A stretch of DNA of 40,339 bases from Actinomycetes bacterium. Lineage in GTDB: Bacteria > Actinomycetota > Thermoleophilia > Gaiellales > Gaiellaceae. A program made the position numbers and the translations under genes. Positions 1 to 9,152 of the stretch are shown piece after piece. The stretch covers positions 1 through 40,339 of the forward strand of contig JANNQQ010000110.1 of NCBI GenBank assembly GCA_031400835.1, read 5' to 3'. Numbering within the stretch: position 1 is the first letter of the stretch; each line of letters starts with the position of its first letter. The notes beneath the pieces were generated by a model. The model was not told the DNA's origin, made no database searches, and saw only the letters and a program-made list of their open reading frames with translations.

Positions 1-1
1 C

Positions 2-1921
2 CTCCCTGGGCTACGCGAGATCCTCTCCGGGCTCGAGACGCGAGAGCTCGATCTCGTAGAGCTCGAGACGGCCTCCGCCTCGCCGATGGCTTCGTCGCTT
101 CTCTTCGACTACGTCGCGACCTACATGTACGAAGACGACACACCCGCAGCCGAACGGCGTGCGCAGGCCCTCTCACTCGATCGCGATCTCCTGCGCGAGC
201 TGCTCGGCCAGGAGGAGCTCCGCGACCTGCTCGATCCCGGTGCGCTTGCTGAGGTTGAGGCGTCGCTGCGTCGGGCTCCGCGCAACGCCGATGAGCTCCA
301 CGACCTCCTGCGCCGCACGGGCGAGCTCCATGACGGAGAGTTCGACCCTGGATTCGCAGAGACGCTGCTGCGTGAGCGCCGTGCACTCCGCGCTGTCGTG
401 GGAGAGGCACAAGCCATCATCGCCGTCGAGGATGCAGGTCTCTATCGCGACGCGTTCGGAGTGATGCCTCCTGGCGGGCTTCCCGCCGCGTTCCTCGACC
501 CGGTCGATGACGCGCTCGAGCGCGTCCTGCTCCGGTACTCCCACTCGCACGGTCCGTTCACGACCGCCGAGCTGGCCAACCGCTACGCGCTAGGCACCGC
601 TCAGGTGGGCTCGCTGCTCGCGGCGCTTGAGAAACGTGACCTTCTCGTTCGCGGGGAGATTCGCCCGGGTGGGCTTGAGCGGGAATGGTGCGATCCGGAC
701 GTGCTGCGTCGGATTCGGCGGGCATCGCTCGCCGTGCTGCGCCGAGAGGTTGAGCCCGCGGAGCACGTTGCGCTCGGCCGCTTCCTTCCGGCCTGGCACG
801 GAATCGACCGACGCGCGACGCTGCGTGAAGCACTGATCCCGCTTCAGGGGCTCGCTCTCCCGGTCGCTCTGTGGGAACGCGACGTCCTGCCCCGGCGTGT
901 CCCCGGCTACCAGCCGAGTTGGCTCGACGCCGTCTGTGCCTCGGGCGAAGTCGTCTGGGTCGGTTCGGGCCTCGATCGGGTCGCGCTCTATTTCCGTGAG
1001 GACGCTCCAGCGCTCGGCGCACCCTCGATCGGAGAGCCACTAGACGGGGTGGAGGTCTCAGCTATTCGCAGCGTTCTCTCGCGCAGCGCGGAGTTCTGGA
1101 CAGACCTCGTGGATGCCAGCGGGCTTGACGCCGCCGAGGCGCTCGCCGCTCTGTGGGAGCTGGTCTGGGCAGGTGAGGTCACAAACGACGCGTGGGCGCC
1201 TCTTCGGGCCGAGCGCCGCTACGGCGTGCCGCAGACCGTGCGGAGATCTCGGCGGTTTTCGCGGTCACGGGTCGGCGCGCAGAGCGCCACGGCGGGACGA
1301 TGGTCGCTCGCCGCGAGGCTCTTCGACGGGCCGGGTGAGGCGCGGGCTTTGGCCGAGCTGCTCCTCGAACGCCAGGGGATCGTGACCCGGGACGGCGTTC
1401 GTGGTGAGGGCGTGCCTGGTGGCTACGGCGCGGTCTACGGTGAGCTGCGGACGCTCGAGACGATCGGCGCTTGTCGACGGGGGTACTTCGTCGAAGGCCT
1501 TGGGGGTGCGCAGTTCGCTCTCCCGGGAGCGGTTGAGCGGCTCCGTCACGCCGAGGACGATGCGCCGATTGTGCTCGCAGCCGCCGATCCGGCGCAGCCA
1601 TACGGTGCGGCCTTACCTTGGCCACGTAGGGCTGGGGCGCGCGCCGCCCGCGTTGCCGGGGCGCAGGTCGTGCTCCTCGGAGGTGACGCGGTGCTCTTTG
1701 TCGAGCGCGGCGGTCGCTCGCTTGTCCCGCTTCGCGACCCTGAGCCCGAGTGGCTCCGCGTGGCACTTGCGGCGCTCGTCGACTGGGTCCGCGCCGATCG
1801 AGGCCGACGACTCGCAGTCGAGCGTTTCGACGGCGTGCCGGTCGTCGAGACGGAGGTATTGGCGCTCCTCGTCGAGGCCGGCTTCCTCGCCGGGCCAAAG
1901 CGCGCGGTGCTGCGGCCTTGA
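2..1921 (+). CDS. lhr: Lhr-family ATP-dependent helicase, C-terminal part (5' truncated by window)
   Basis: Frame is open from base 2. Motifs SPMASSLLFDYVATYMYEDDTPAAERRA, EWCDPDVLRRIRR, LWELVWAGEVTND and RRGYFVEGLGGAQFA are typical of the long actinobacterial Lhr C-terminus. Confidence 0.9.
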   Translation, partial: LPGLREILSGLETRELDLVELETASASPMASSLLFDYVATYMYEDDTPAAERRAQALSLDRDLLRELLGQEELRDLLDPGALAEVEASLRRAPRNADELHDLLRRTGELHDGEFDPGFAETLLRERRALRAVVGEAQAIIAVEDAGLYRDAFGVMPPGGLPAAFLDPVDDALERVLLRYSHSHGPFTTAELANRYALGTAQVGSLLAALEKRDLLVRGEIRPGGLEREWCDPDVLRRIRRASLAVLRREVEPAEHVALGRFLPAWHGIDRRATLREALIPLQGLALPVALWERDVLPRRVPGYQPSWLDAVCASGEVVWVGSGLDRVALYFREDAPALGAPSIGEPLDGVEVSAIRSVLSRSAEFWTDLVDASGLDAAEALAALWELVWAGEVTNDAWAPLRAERRYGVPQTVRRSRRFSRSRVGAQSATAGRWSLAARLFDGPGEARALAELLLERQGIVTRDGVRGEGVPGGYGAVYGELRTLETIGACRRGYFVEGLGGAQFALPGAVERLRHAEDDAPIVLAAADPAQPYGAALPWPRRAGARAARVAGAQVVLLGGDAVLFVERGGRSLVPLRDPEPEWLRVALAALVDWVRADRGRRLAVERFDGVPVVETEVLALLVEAGFLAGPKRAVLRP

Positions 1922-1976
1922 CGGCGAACAGGGCTCGGCCAGCCGCCATCGAGGTCCTCGAGCGTCTTCGGGCCGG

Positions 1977-2285
1977 CTAGCGCGCTTCGGGTGGGAGACC
2001 GCGGAGCGGCTCGGAGAAGCGCTCGTGGGCCTCGGTGTCGACGGGCCGGTGGCGACGCTCGGTCGTTGCGGGATGGGCAGCCAGCGAGCTGCCGTCTTTC
2101 CATTCACCTACGGGCCGAATCGGTCGTTGCTCGAAGCCTCCCCCACAGTTGGGACAGACGTTTCCGAGCACCTCATTCACACAGCGAACGCAGAACGTGC
2201 ATTCGAACGAACAGATCATTGCCTCGAGCGAGTTGGGCGGGAGTGAGACGGCGCAGTTCTCGCAGGCTGGTCGTAGCTCAAGCAC
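1977..2285 (-). CDS. DUF1272 family Cys-rich protein
   Basis: GTG start at 2285 gives MLELRPACENC...AMICSFECTFC..C...CPNCGGGF..RP, the DUF1272 pattern. It lies inside the longer listed ORF 1977..2930. Confidence 0.85.
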   Translation of the reverse strand: MLELRPACENCAVSLPPNSLEAMICSFECTFCVRCVNEVLGNVCPNCGGGFEQRPIRPVGEWKDGSSLAAHPATTERRHRPVDTEAHERFSEPLRGLPPEAR

Positions 2286-2384
2286 TGGTCTGATCCTCTC
2301 ACGTGGATCCGGTAGCTGCTCCTGATGTTGCACCGGGTGTGTGGGCAGGGTTTTGGGTTCACGCCGCGTACCCCATTCTCGTAG

Positions 2385-3608
2385 ATGAACGTTCGCTCGC
2401 TCCCTCTCCACGACGCACTCCGGTCGTTCACGCTTGGCGCCTTCGCCCTGCTGCTCCGTGAGGTTGACGCGGTGGGAGGTCAGCTCCCGTTTGCCTTCGA
2501 GGAGCACGAACGCCGCAAAGGCCCGGCACTCTACGAGTATCGCCCGCTCGTCCGCGACTTCATCGAGGAGCGGTCTTCGACGCTGAGAGCCCGTGCCGAT
2601 GCAGAGCTTGCGCTCGAAGATCTTCGACGCGAGCCTGCGGCCGCTATCTACGCACGCGCCCACGCAGGGCCGCATCCCACGCCCGACGACGCCCTCTTCC
2701 GGACGGTGCTCCTCGATCTTCTGATCCGCGTTGCCGAGGCGTGCGGCGGGTTCGACTGGGACGACGAGGCATTCGACAAGGCCTACGGCGAGCTTGAGCG
2801 GTCGCTCTTCGGCGAGCGGCGGACGTACTGCGCGGTGGCCCCTCTCGTCGGCATCAGCGTGGGCGTTCAGCGCGAGCTCGCACCGGGCCTGCGCTTGCGA
2901 GCGGCTGCGGAGGGAGAGCTTGCGCGTCATTGGCCTGAGGCGAACGGTCTTCTGCCGCCGGGGTTCGGTCGGGAGCCTGATCGATACTGCGTCGTTGAGC
3001 TCCGAAGCGCTCTCACGTCGACCGATGACGTGCCCGATGCACCGGCTGAGTTCGCGGACGTCGTCAGCGCAGTTCGGCTCGCGACCGCTGCTCCGGTGGC
3101 AGCAGGCCCTGTGCTCTTCGAGACCCTCGACGGGCGTCCGTACGGGATCCGACCCGTGCTACCGATCGCCGCAACCGCCCCGCCGGGCGAGGCGACGCGT
3201 CTGGATGAGTTTCGAGGGGCGCTCGCGGCCGAGCTGCATGGCAGGTTGCTGCTCGCCGACGGTGACCCCCATCTCGCCGAGGCGCTCGATCGCTGGGAGC
3301 TTGCGCTCTTCCAGCACGACCCCTTCCGTTCCGAGCAGCTCCGCGCAGCGCTGGCCGCCTCGCTCGGTGGCACCTGGCCGCTTCGGGCCGCCGTGCTCTT
3401 AGAGGACGACGCCGACGCGCGCACCCGTCTCCATACCGACCTCGCTCGGCTTGCTGCCGGCGAGGAGGCGAGCTCGCCCGCCGCCGACGCGGTGCGCAGA
3501 GTGCTTGTCGCGATCCTCGAGCACGGAGACCGCGAGCACCTGACCAGGGAGCTCGACGCCGTGTTGCTCGGTGCTGGTGCCTCTGCACCGCTGCCCAGTC
3601 GCAGCTGA
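2385..3608 (+). CDS. hypothetical protein (possible degenerate ApeA/HEPN-like C-terminus)
   Basis: 407-aa ORF with host-like codon usage filling the gap between neighbours. The family suggestion is weak. Confidence 0.7.
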   Translation: MNVRSLPLHDALRSFTLGAFALLLREVDAVGGQLPFAFEEHERRKGPALYEYRPLVRDFIEERSSTLRARADAELALEDLRREPAAAIYARAHAGPHPTPDDALFRTVLLDLLIRVAEACGGFDWDDEAFDKAYGELERSLFGERRTYCAVAPLVGISVGVQRELAPGLRLRAAAEGELARHWPEANGLLPPGFGREPDRYCVVELRSALTSTDDVPDAPAEFADVVSAVRLATAAPVAAGPVLFETLDGRPYGIRPVLPIAATAPPGEATRLDEFRGALAAELHGRLLLADGDPHLAEALDRWELALFQHDPFRSEQLRAALAASLGGTWPLRAAVLLEDDADARTRLHTDLARLAAGEEASSPAADAVRRVLVAILEHGDREHLTRELDAVLLGAGASAPLPSRS

Positions 3609-3640
3609 GCGTTCGCCGCCTAGACTCCGTCATCGGACAG

Positions 3641-5098
3641 ATGATCCTCCTCACGGGTGCGACCGGCTACGTCGGCGGCCGCCTACTACGAGCACTCGAG
3701 GAGCGCGGCGAGCAGGTGCGCTGCCTCTCCCGGCGTCCCGACCTGTTGCGCGGGCGTGTCGGCCCCGGCACAGAGGTGGTCGGGGGAGACCTACTGCAAC
3801 CTGACTCGATTTCCCCTGCGCTCGCCGGGGTCGACACGGTCTACTACCTCATCCATTCGATGAGCTCTGGCCGCCCATTCGACGAGGCAGATCGTGCGGC
3901 AGCGCGCGCGTTCGCGGGCGCGGCGCGTGAGGCCCGGGTGCGGAAGGTCGTGTACCTCGGCGGACTTGGCCGCGGGCCTGGTCTCTCCCAGCATCTCGCA
4001 TCGCGGCAGGAGGTTGGCGAGATCCTGCGCGCCTCGGGCGTGCCCACCATCGAGCTGAGAGCATCGATCGTGATCGGCTCGGGTAGCGCGTCGTTCGAGA
4101 TGGTGCGGGCGCTCGTCGAGAAGCTGCCCGTGATGGTGACGCCACGCTGGGTTCGTGTCCAGGCGCAGCCGATAGCGGTTGAGGACGTAATCGAGTACCT
4201 CCTCGCCACCCTCGACCGCGACCCTGTTGGCGGCGAGCTGTATGAGATCGGCGGCGCCGACCAGGTGACGTATCTCGAGCTCATGAAGGAGTACGGCCGC
4301 CAGCGCGGGCTCCGTCGACTCATGATCCCTGTCCCCGTGCTCACCCCGCGGCTCTCGTCGCTCTGGCTGTGGCTGGTGACGCCGGTCTATGCGGGTGTCG
4401 GTCGGAAGCTGGTCGACTCGCTCAGGAACGAGACGGTGGTGCACGACAACGCTGCGCTTGAGGTGTTCCCCGTCCGGCCTCGCGGCGCGCGCGACGCCAT
4501 CGCCCGTGCGCTCGCCCACGAGGATCGGGAGATCGCCGAGACGCGATTTTCTGACGAGGCGTTCCCCGAAGGGCCGTCCTACGGCGGCGTTCGCCGCGGC
4601 TCGCGTCTACTCGATGCCCGCACCTCGGTCGTTCCCTACCCGCCAGCGGTCGCATTCGCTCCCATCCAGCGCATCGGAGGCGAGACGGGCTGGTACAAAG
4701 GCGCGCTTCTCTGGCGACTTCGGGGCCTACTCGACGTCCTCGTGGGTGGCCCAGGGCTGCGGCGGGGCCGGCGTGATCCGGTCGGCCTCCGGGTGGGCGA
4801 CACGATTGACTTCTGGCGCGTCGAGGCCTTCGAGCCGAATCACCTGCTGGGGCTCTACGCCGAGATGAAGGTGCCGGGCCGGGCGTGGCTCCAGTTCGAG
4901 GTCTCGGAGACCGACGGTGGCTCGATCGTGACCCAGACCGCAATCTTCGATCCGGCCGGTCTGTTCGGGCTCGTGTACTGGTACGCGCTCTGGCCGTTTC
5001 ACGGCTACATCTTCGGCGGGATGCTGCGTAACCTCGGTCGCGCGATGGCGAAGCACGAGCTGGCCGTGCACGACGCCGAGCCTCCCGTCACGCGGTGA
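3641..5098 (+). CDS. NAD(P)-binding atypical SDR with C-terminal DUF2867 domain (YbjT-like)
   Basis: N-terminal ILLTGATGYVGG Rossmann motif. SQHLASR, and C-terminal IDFWRVE...AEMKVPGRAWL...F.P.GLFG..YWY. Confidence 0.9.
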   Translation: MILLTGATGYVGGRLLRALEERGEQVRCLSRRPDLLRGRVGPGTEVVGGDLLQPDSISPALAGVDTVYYLIHSMSSGRPFDEADRAAARAFAGAAREARVRKVVYLGGLGRGPGLSQHLASRQEVGEILRASGVPTIELRASIVIGSGSASFEMVRALVEKLPVMVTPRWVRVQAQPIAVEDVIEYLLATLDRDPVGGELYEIGGADQVTYLELMKEYGRQRGLRRLMIPVPVLTPRLSSLWLWLVTPVYAGVGRKLVDSLRNETVVHDNAALEVFPVRPRGARDAIARALAHEDREIAETRFSDEAFPEGPSYGGVRRGSRLLDARTSVVPYPPAVAFAPIQRIGGETGWYKGALLWRLRGLLDVLVGGPGLRRGRRDPVGLRVGDTIDFWRVEAFEPNHLLGLYAEMKVPGRAWLQFEVSETDGGSIVTQTAIFDPAGLFGLVYWYALWPFHGYIFGGMLRNLGRAMAKHELAVHDAEPPVTR

Positions 5099-5155
5099 CA
5101 CTTTCGGCACAAAGCCGTGACACTCCCGCCACACCTTGCCGCGTACGGTGGCTCT

Positions 5156-5362
5156 ATGGAGGAGGCACACAGCGTTCTCGAGCGACTCGACCGGATCGAG
5201 ACCATGCGACGGGCGAACGCGGGCCCGGCCGAGTTGCTCGGGGAGCTGCGTGTCCTCCTCCATGAGGCAGAGGTCTGGGTAACGGCGGAAGGAGACGACT
5301 CGAGCGTCACCGCAGTCGGACGATTCCGGGAATCCCTCGTACGTGGCATGATCGAGGCGTGA
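5156..5362 (+). CDS. small hypothetical protein
   Basis: ATG 5156 lies 6 nt after TACGGT. Its stop overlaps the next start (GTGA). Confidence 0.65.
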   Translation: MEEAHSVLERLDRIETMRRANAGPAELLGELRVLLHEAEVWVTAEGDDSSVTAVGRFRESLVRGMIEA

Positions 5363-6336
5363 TCACGTACTGGGACGAGCTGAAGTGGACACGCAAGGAG
5401 AAGGGGCATCTTGCCGCTGACTGGCAATCGCTGACAGGCGATCGTTCGCTCTGGCTCGGCGTACAACGGATCCGCATCGACCCCGGAAAGTGGGCGACTC
5501 CGCTTCACCTTGAGGCGTCGGAAGAGGAGGTCTTCTACGTCCTGTCAGGGACTGGTGTCTCGGTGCAGGCGAATGATGATGGCAAGGAGCAAGCGTTCGC
5601 CGTGGGGCCGGGCGACTGCCTCGTGCACCTGGCGCTCGAGCACGCGCATACCCTCGGGGCAGGGCCTGACGGGCTCGAGGTTCTCGCCTTCGGCGAGCGG
5701 CATTACGCTGCCAGCACCTTGCTTCCGCGAGCGGGCGTCTCGTGGCTCGGCCAGACATGGGTGCGTCAGGGCGCGCCTGAGGATCACCCCTGGGCGCGCG
5801 AGGCTGCAGTCGGCCCACCCGTCGTCGGCGAGCTCTCCGAGCGACCCTCTCGAATCGTCAACATCGAGGACATCCAGGCAACTGCGCGAGAGGGGAAGAC
5901 GGTCGCGCGGCGGACAAGGGATCTCGGTCGGGCAGCGGGGACGCTCAAGACGGGATGCACGTTGTACGACGTTGCTCCAGGGATGCTCATGAATCCGCCG
6001 CATTGCCACTCCGAGGAGGAGGAAATCTTCGTCGTCCTGAGTGGTTCGGGGACGGTCGAGCTCTGGCCGAACCAGAGGGCAGCGACTCAACCTGAGCAGT
6101 TTGCGGACACCACCGAGACGTTCGCGATCGGCCATGGGGCCACGTTTGCGCGTCCCGCTGGAACGGGCCGGGCGCACGCAGTCTCGGCCGGCCCGGATGG
6201 TCTGCGGCTCCTGGCCTTTGGAATGCGACGGCCGAACGACATCACCCATTACCCCCGTTCGGGGAAGATCAGCTTTCGAGGCGTGGGTGTGATCGGTCGG
6301 ATCGAGCAGGTGCCGTACTGGGATGGCGAAGACTGA
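5359..6336 (+). CDS. bicupin domain protein
   Basis: Two cupin motifs (PLHLEASEEEVFYVLSG...AH; PPHCHSEEEEIFVVLSG...AH), a YPRSGK motif and a YWDGED terminus. Confidence 0.85.
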   Translation: MITYWDELKWTRKEKGHLAADWQSLTGDRSLWLGVQRIRIDPGKWATPLHLEASEEEVFYVLSGTGVSVQANDDGKEQAFAVGPGDCLVHLALEHAHTLGAGPDGLEVLAFGERHYAASTLLPRAGVSWLGQTWVRQGAPEDHPWAREAAVGPPVVGELSERPSRIVNIEDIQATAREGKTVARRTRDLGRAAGTLKTGCTLYDVAPGMLMNPPHCHSEEEEIFVVLSGSGTVELWPNQRAATQPEQFADTTETFAIGHGATFARPAGTGRAHAVSAGPDGLRLLAFGMRRPNDITHYPRSGKISFRGVGVIGRIEQVPYWDGED

Positions 6337-6377
6337 TCGATCGTTGAAGGAGTCCGGGAAGGAGCGGTGAACACGGC

Positions 6378-7442
6378 GTGGTCATGGGTCTCGTCCGCTT
6401 GCTTCCACGTGTCACCGGCGCACGTTCGGCTACCGCGCCCGTTGAGCCGGCTACGCCGGTTCAACCAGACGTACCCATTGAATCGGCGACGCCCGTAGAA
6501 TCGGTCGTCCGGGTCGAGTCCGCCGATGCGATGAGCGAACCACCACCTGCATTCGATCCCTCGGCCCTCCTCTCGGGAGCCGCCGACACCGCTGCGCCTG
6601 CCCCGGGGCCGAGCCCTCCTGAGGCTCCCGCCGACCACGTCGTTGGCCCGCCGCTCGCGGCGTCGAGTGCGGCGACCCGCGTCATCGTGTTCGCGAACCA
6701 GAAGGGCGGGGTCGCGAAGACGACGACGACCTTGAACCTTGCTGTGGCATTCAAGGAGCTCGGCTACCGCGTACTGATCATCGATCTTGACCCGCAGGGC
6801 AACCTCACGATGAGTCAGGGCATGAACCCGGATGTCATCGAGCGCTCGATGTTCGATGTGCTCGTCCATCGTGTTCCGATCTCGGAGATCGTGGCCCACG
6901 CTGAGGTCGATATCGCGGTCGCCTCAATCGATCTCGCCGGCGCCGAGCTCGCGCTGAGCGCGCAGATGGGACGCGAGCGGGCGCTTGAGAAGGCGCTGGT
7001 CGAGGTGCGTGGGAAGTACGATTTCGTGTTAATCGACACGCCTCCGTCACTAGGGTTGCTCACGATTAACGCCTTCGTTGCAGCGACCGGCGTCATCGTC
7101 CCCGTGCAGTGCGAATACCTCTCGTTGCGCGGACTTGTGCAACTCGAGAACACGCTTGCGATGGTGCGCGAGAACCTCAATCCGAACGTGTCGGTTGAAG
7201 GAATCGTTCCGACCATGTACGACGGTCGCACATTGCACGCGCGTGAGGCGATCGAGATCCTTGAGGAGAACTTCGGTGAGCTTGTGTTCTCGACCCGCAT
7301 TCGCAAGACGGTCCGTTATGCCGAAGCGCCGGTGAAGGGTCAGTCGGTGCTCAAGTACGACCCAACGGGTACGGCGGCCGAGGCGTATCGTGCGCTCGCC
7401 CGCGAGTTCCTCGCGAAGGAAGCGGCCCGGGATGGCGCGTAA
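6378..7442 (+). CDS. parA: ParA/Soj-family ATPase with Pro/Ala-rich N-terminal extension (start uncertain)
   Basis: Deviant Walker [39 protein letters not shown]. Confidence 0.92.
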   Translation: MVMGLVRLLPRVTGARSATAPVEPATPVQPDVPIESATPVESVVRVESADAMSEPPPAFDPSALLSGAADTAAPAPGPSPPEAPADHVVGPPLAASSAATRVIVFANQKGGVAKTTTTLNLAVAFKELGYRVLIIDLDPQGNLTMSQGMNPDVIERSMFDVLVHRVPISEIVAHAEVDIAVASIDLAGAELALSAQMGRERALEKALVEVRGKYDFVLIDTPPSLGLLTINAFVAATGVIVPVQCEYLSLRGLVQLENTLAMVRENLNPNVSVEGIVPTMYDGRTLHAREAIEILEENFGELVFSTRIRKTVRYAEAPVKGQSVLKYDPTGTAAEAYRALAREFLAKEAARDGA

Positions 7443-8973
7443 GCGCGCAAGCATGCGCGAGGGGCCGCTCGCCGAGCTCTTTCGCGCGACCGAGGCAGCG
7501 CAGCGCGGCGACGCGCCGGCGACCGATGCAGCACCAACAGCCGATCCGGCGCCGCCGGTCGCCGAGCAGCAGACGATCGACATTGCCCCGCAAGATGCGA
7601 CCACTCGCGTGGCGCCCGCGCCGCCCAGCATCGGCGAGGTAGCCGCCATGGATGAGACCGTCGAGCACGTCTATGACTTTGAGGTCGCCGACGCACCGGT
7701 TGTGCCGTCTTCTGCCCGTTCGTCTGAGCCGATTCTGACCGCTGTTGAGCCCGTAGTCGCCCCGACGCCGACCGTCGTCGAGGCGGCCGCCGAACCTGTT
7801 GTGCGGCTAGCTCCGCCTCCAGCCGAGATCGAGGAGCCGCCGGCCGAACGGCGGCCATACGAACCTCCCGCGAGTCGATTTGTCGCACCGATGCCGGACA
7901 GCGCTCCGCGGCTTCATGTTGCTGGTGACGTTGCGTCGTACCTCGCGGTGATTCGCGTCGTGGGTGTTGGTGGCGCGGGGATCAACGCGGTGAACCGGAT
8001 GATGGACGCCGGAATCGCCCAGGTCGACTTCCTCGCGGTCAACACCGACGCGCAACAGCTTGAAGTCTCAGACGCACCTACCAAGATCCACATTGGTGAG
8101 GCGCTCACCCAGGGTCTCGGCTCCGGGGCCGATCCGGACGTCGGTCGCCTTGCGGCCGAAGAAGGTTACGACCAGCTTCGCCAGGCGCTCCGCGGCAGCG
8201 ACATGGTGTTTGTCACCGCCGGCGAAGGTGGCGGCACGGGCACGGGTGCGGCACCCGTCGTCGCGCGCATCGCGCGTGAGCTTGGTGCGCTCACCGTCGG
8301 CATCGTCACTACGCCGTTCCGCTTTGAAGGCACGAGGCGGCGGACGGCCGCCGAAACCGGCGTCGAGGAGCTCAGGGCTGCGTGCGACACCGTCATCGTC
8401 ATCCCGAACGATCGACTGCTCGAGGTTCTCGACAGGACCACCTCGATGGTCGATGCCTTCAGGATCGCCGACGACGTGCTGCGCCAGGGTGTCCAGGGGA
8501 TCTGCGATCTCATCACGATGCCAGGACTCATCAACCTCGACTTCGCTGACGTTCGCACGATCATGTCGGGTGCAGGCTCCGCGCTGATGGGGATCGGCTA
8601 CAGCGAGGGACGCGAGAACCGGGCCCGAGAGGCTGCAGAGCGCGCGCTGCGCTCACCGCTCATCGATACCGAGATCGATGGGGCTCGCGGCATCCTGCTC
8701 TCGATCGCGGGCGGCGATGACTTGACGCTGCTCGAGGTCAACGACGCGGCCGAGGTCATCCGGCGCTCCGCAACAGACGAGACGAACATCATCTTCGGTG
8801 CGACGATCGACGAACGCCTCAATGGGCAGGTGTGGGTCACCGTGATTGCAACCGGCATTGGCGGAACGCGATCACGCGCCTACGCGCCGTCGTTCTCGGC
8901 CTCGCCCGGCGCGACAAGCACTCGTCGCTCGTCGAGCGACGACAGCAGCGAACTTCCAAGCTTCCTGCGCTAG
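7432..8973 (+). CDS. ftsZ: cell division protein FtsZ with ~168-aa N-terminal extension
   Basis: [26 protein letters not shown] signature, INLDFAD T7 loop and C-terminal ELPSFLR. ATG 7432 overlaps the end of parA. Confidence 0.95.
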   Translation: MARKRASMREGPLAELFRATEAAQRGDAPATDAAPTADPAPPVAEQQTIDIAPQDATTRVAPAPPSIGEVAAMDETVEHVYDFEVADAPVVPSSARSSEPILTAVEPVVAPTPTVVEAAAEPVVRLAPPPAEIEEPPAERRPYEPPASRFVAPMPDSAPRLHVAGDVASYLAVIRVVGVGGAGINAVNRMMDAGIAQVDFLAVNTDAQQLEVSDAPTKIHIGEALTQGLGSGADPDVGRLAAEEGYDQLRQALRGSDMVFVTAGEGGGTGTGAAPVVARIARELGALTVGIVTTPFRFEGTRRRTAAETGVEELRAACDTVIVIPNDRLLEVLDRTTSMVDAFRIADDVLRQGVQGICDLITMPGLINLDFADVRTIMSGAGSALMGIGYSEGRENRAREAAERALRSPLIDTEIDGARGILLSIAGGDDLTLLEVNDAAEVIRRSATDETNIIFGATIDERLNGQVWVTVIATGIGGTRSRAYAPSFSASPGATSTRRSSSDDSSELPSFLR

Positions 8974-9152
8974 ACACCGCGTCCCATCTGGCCGGAACGG
9001 CTGCGGGTTGTGCCGCTGCGGTCTTCGTCTTGAACCTCATTTGCGGCGCCAGCCTCGGTGGGGACCCTCGCCAGGTGACGCCGATGTTCGTGCCGTCCTT
9101 GTCAGCGCCGCTCGCCTCCGACTGCCGCAACGGTCCCGCGTAGGCTCACGCC

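Noticed and set aside
6345-6372. GTCCGGGAAGGAGCGG resembling the SRP RNA domain IV loop
   Set aside because: The match is partial, the gap is only about 40 bp, and there is no enclosing long stem. More likely the parA ribosome-binding region.
8974-9140. Small ORFs or an RNA between ftsZ and ggt
   Set aside because: No recognisable protein motif, start signal or RNA family in any frame examined.
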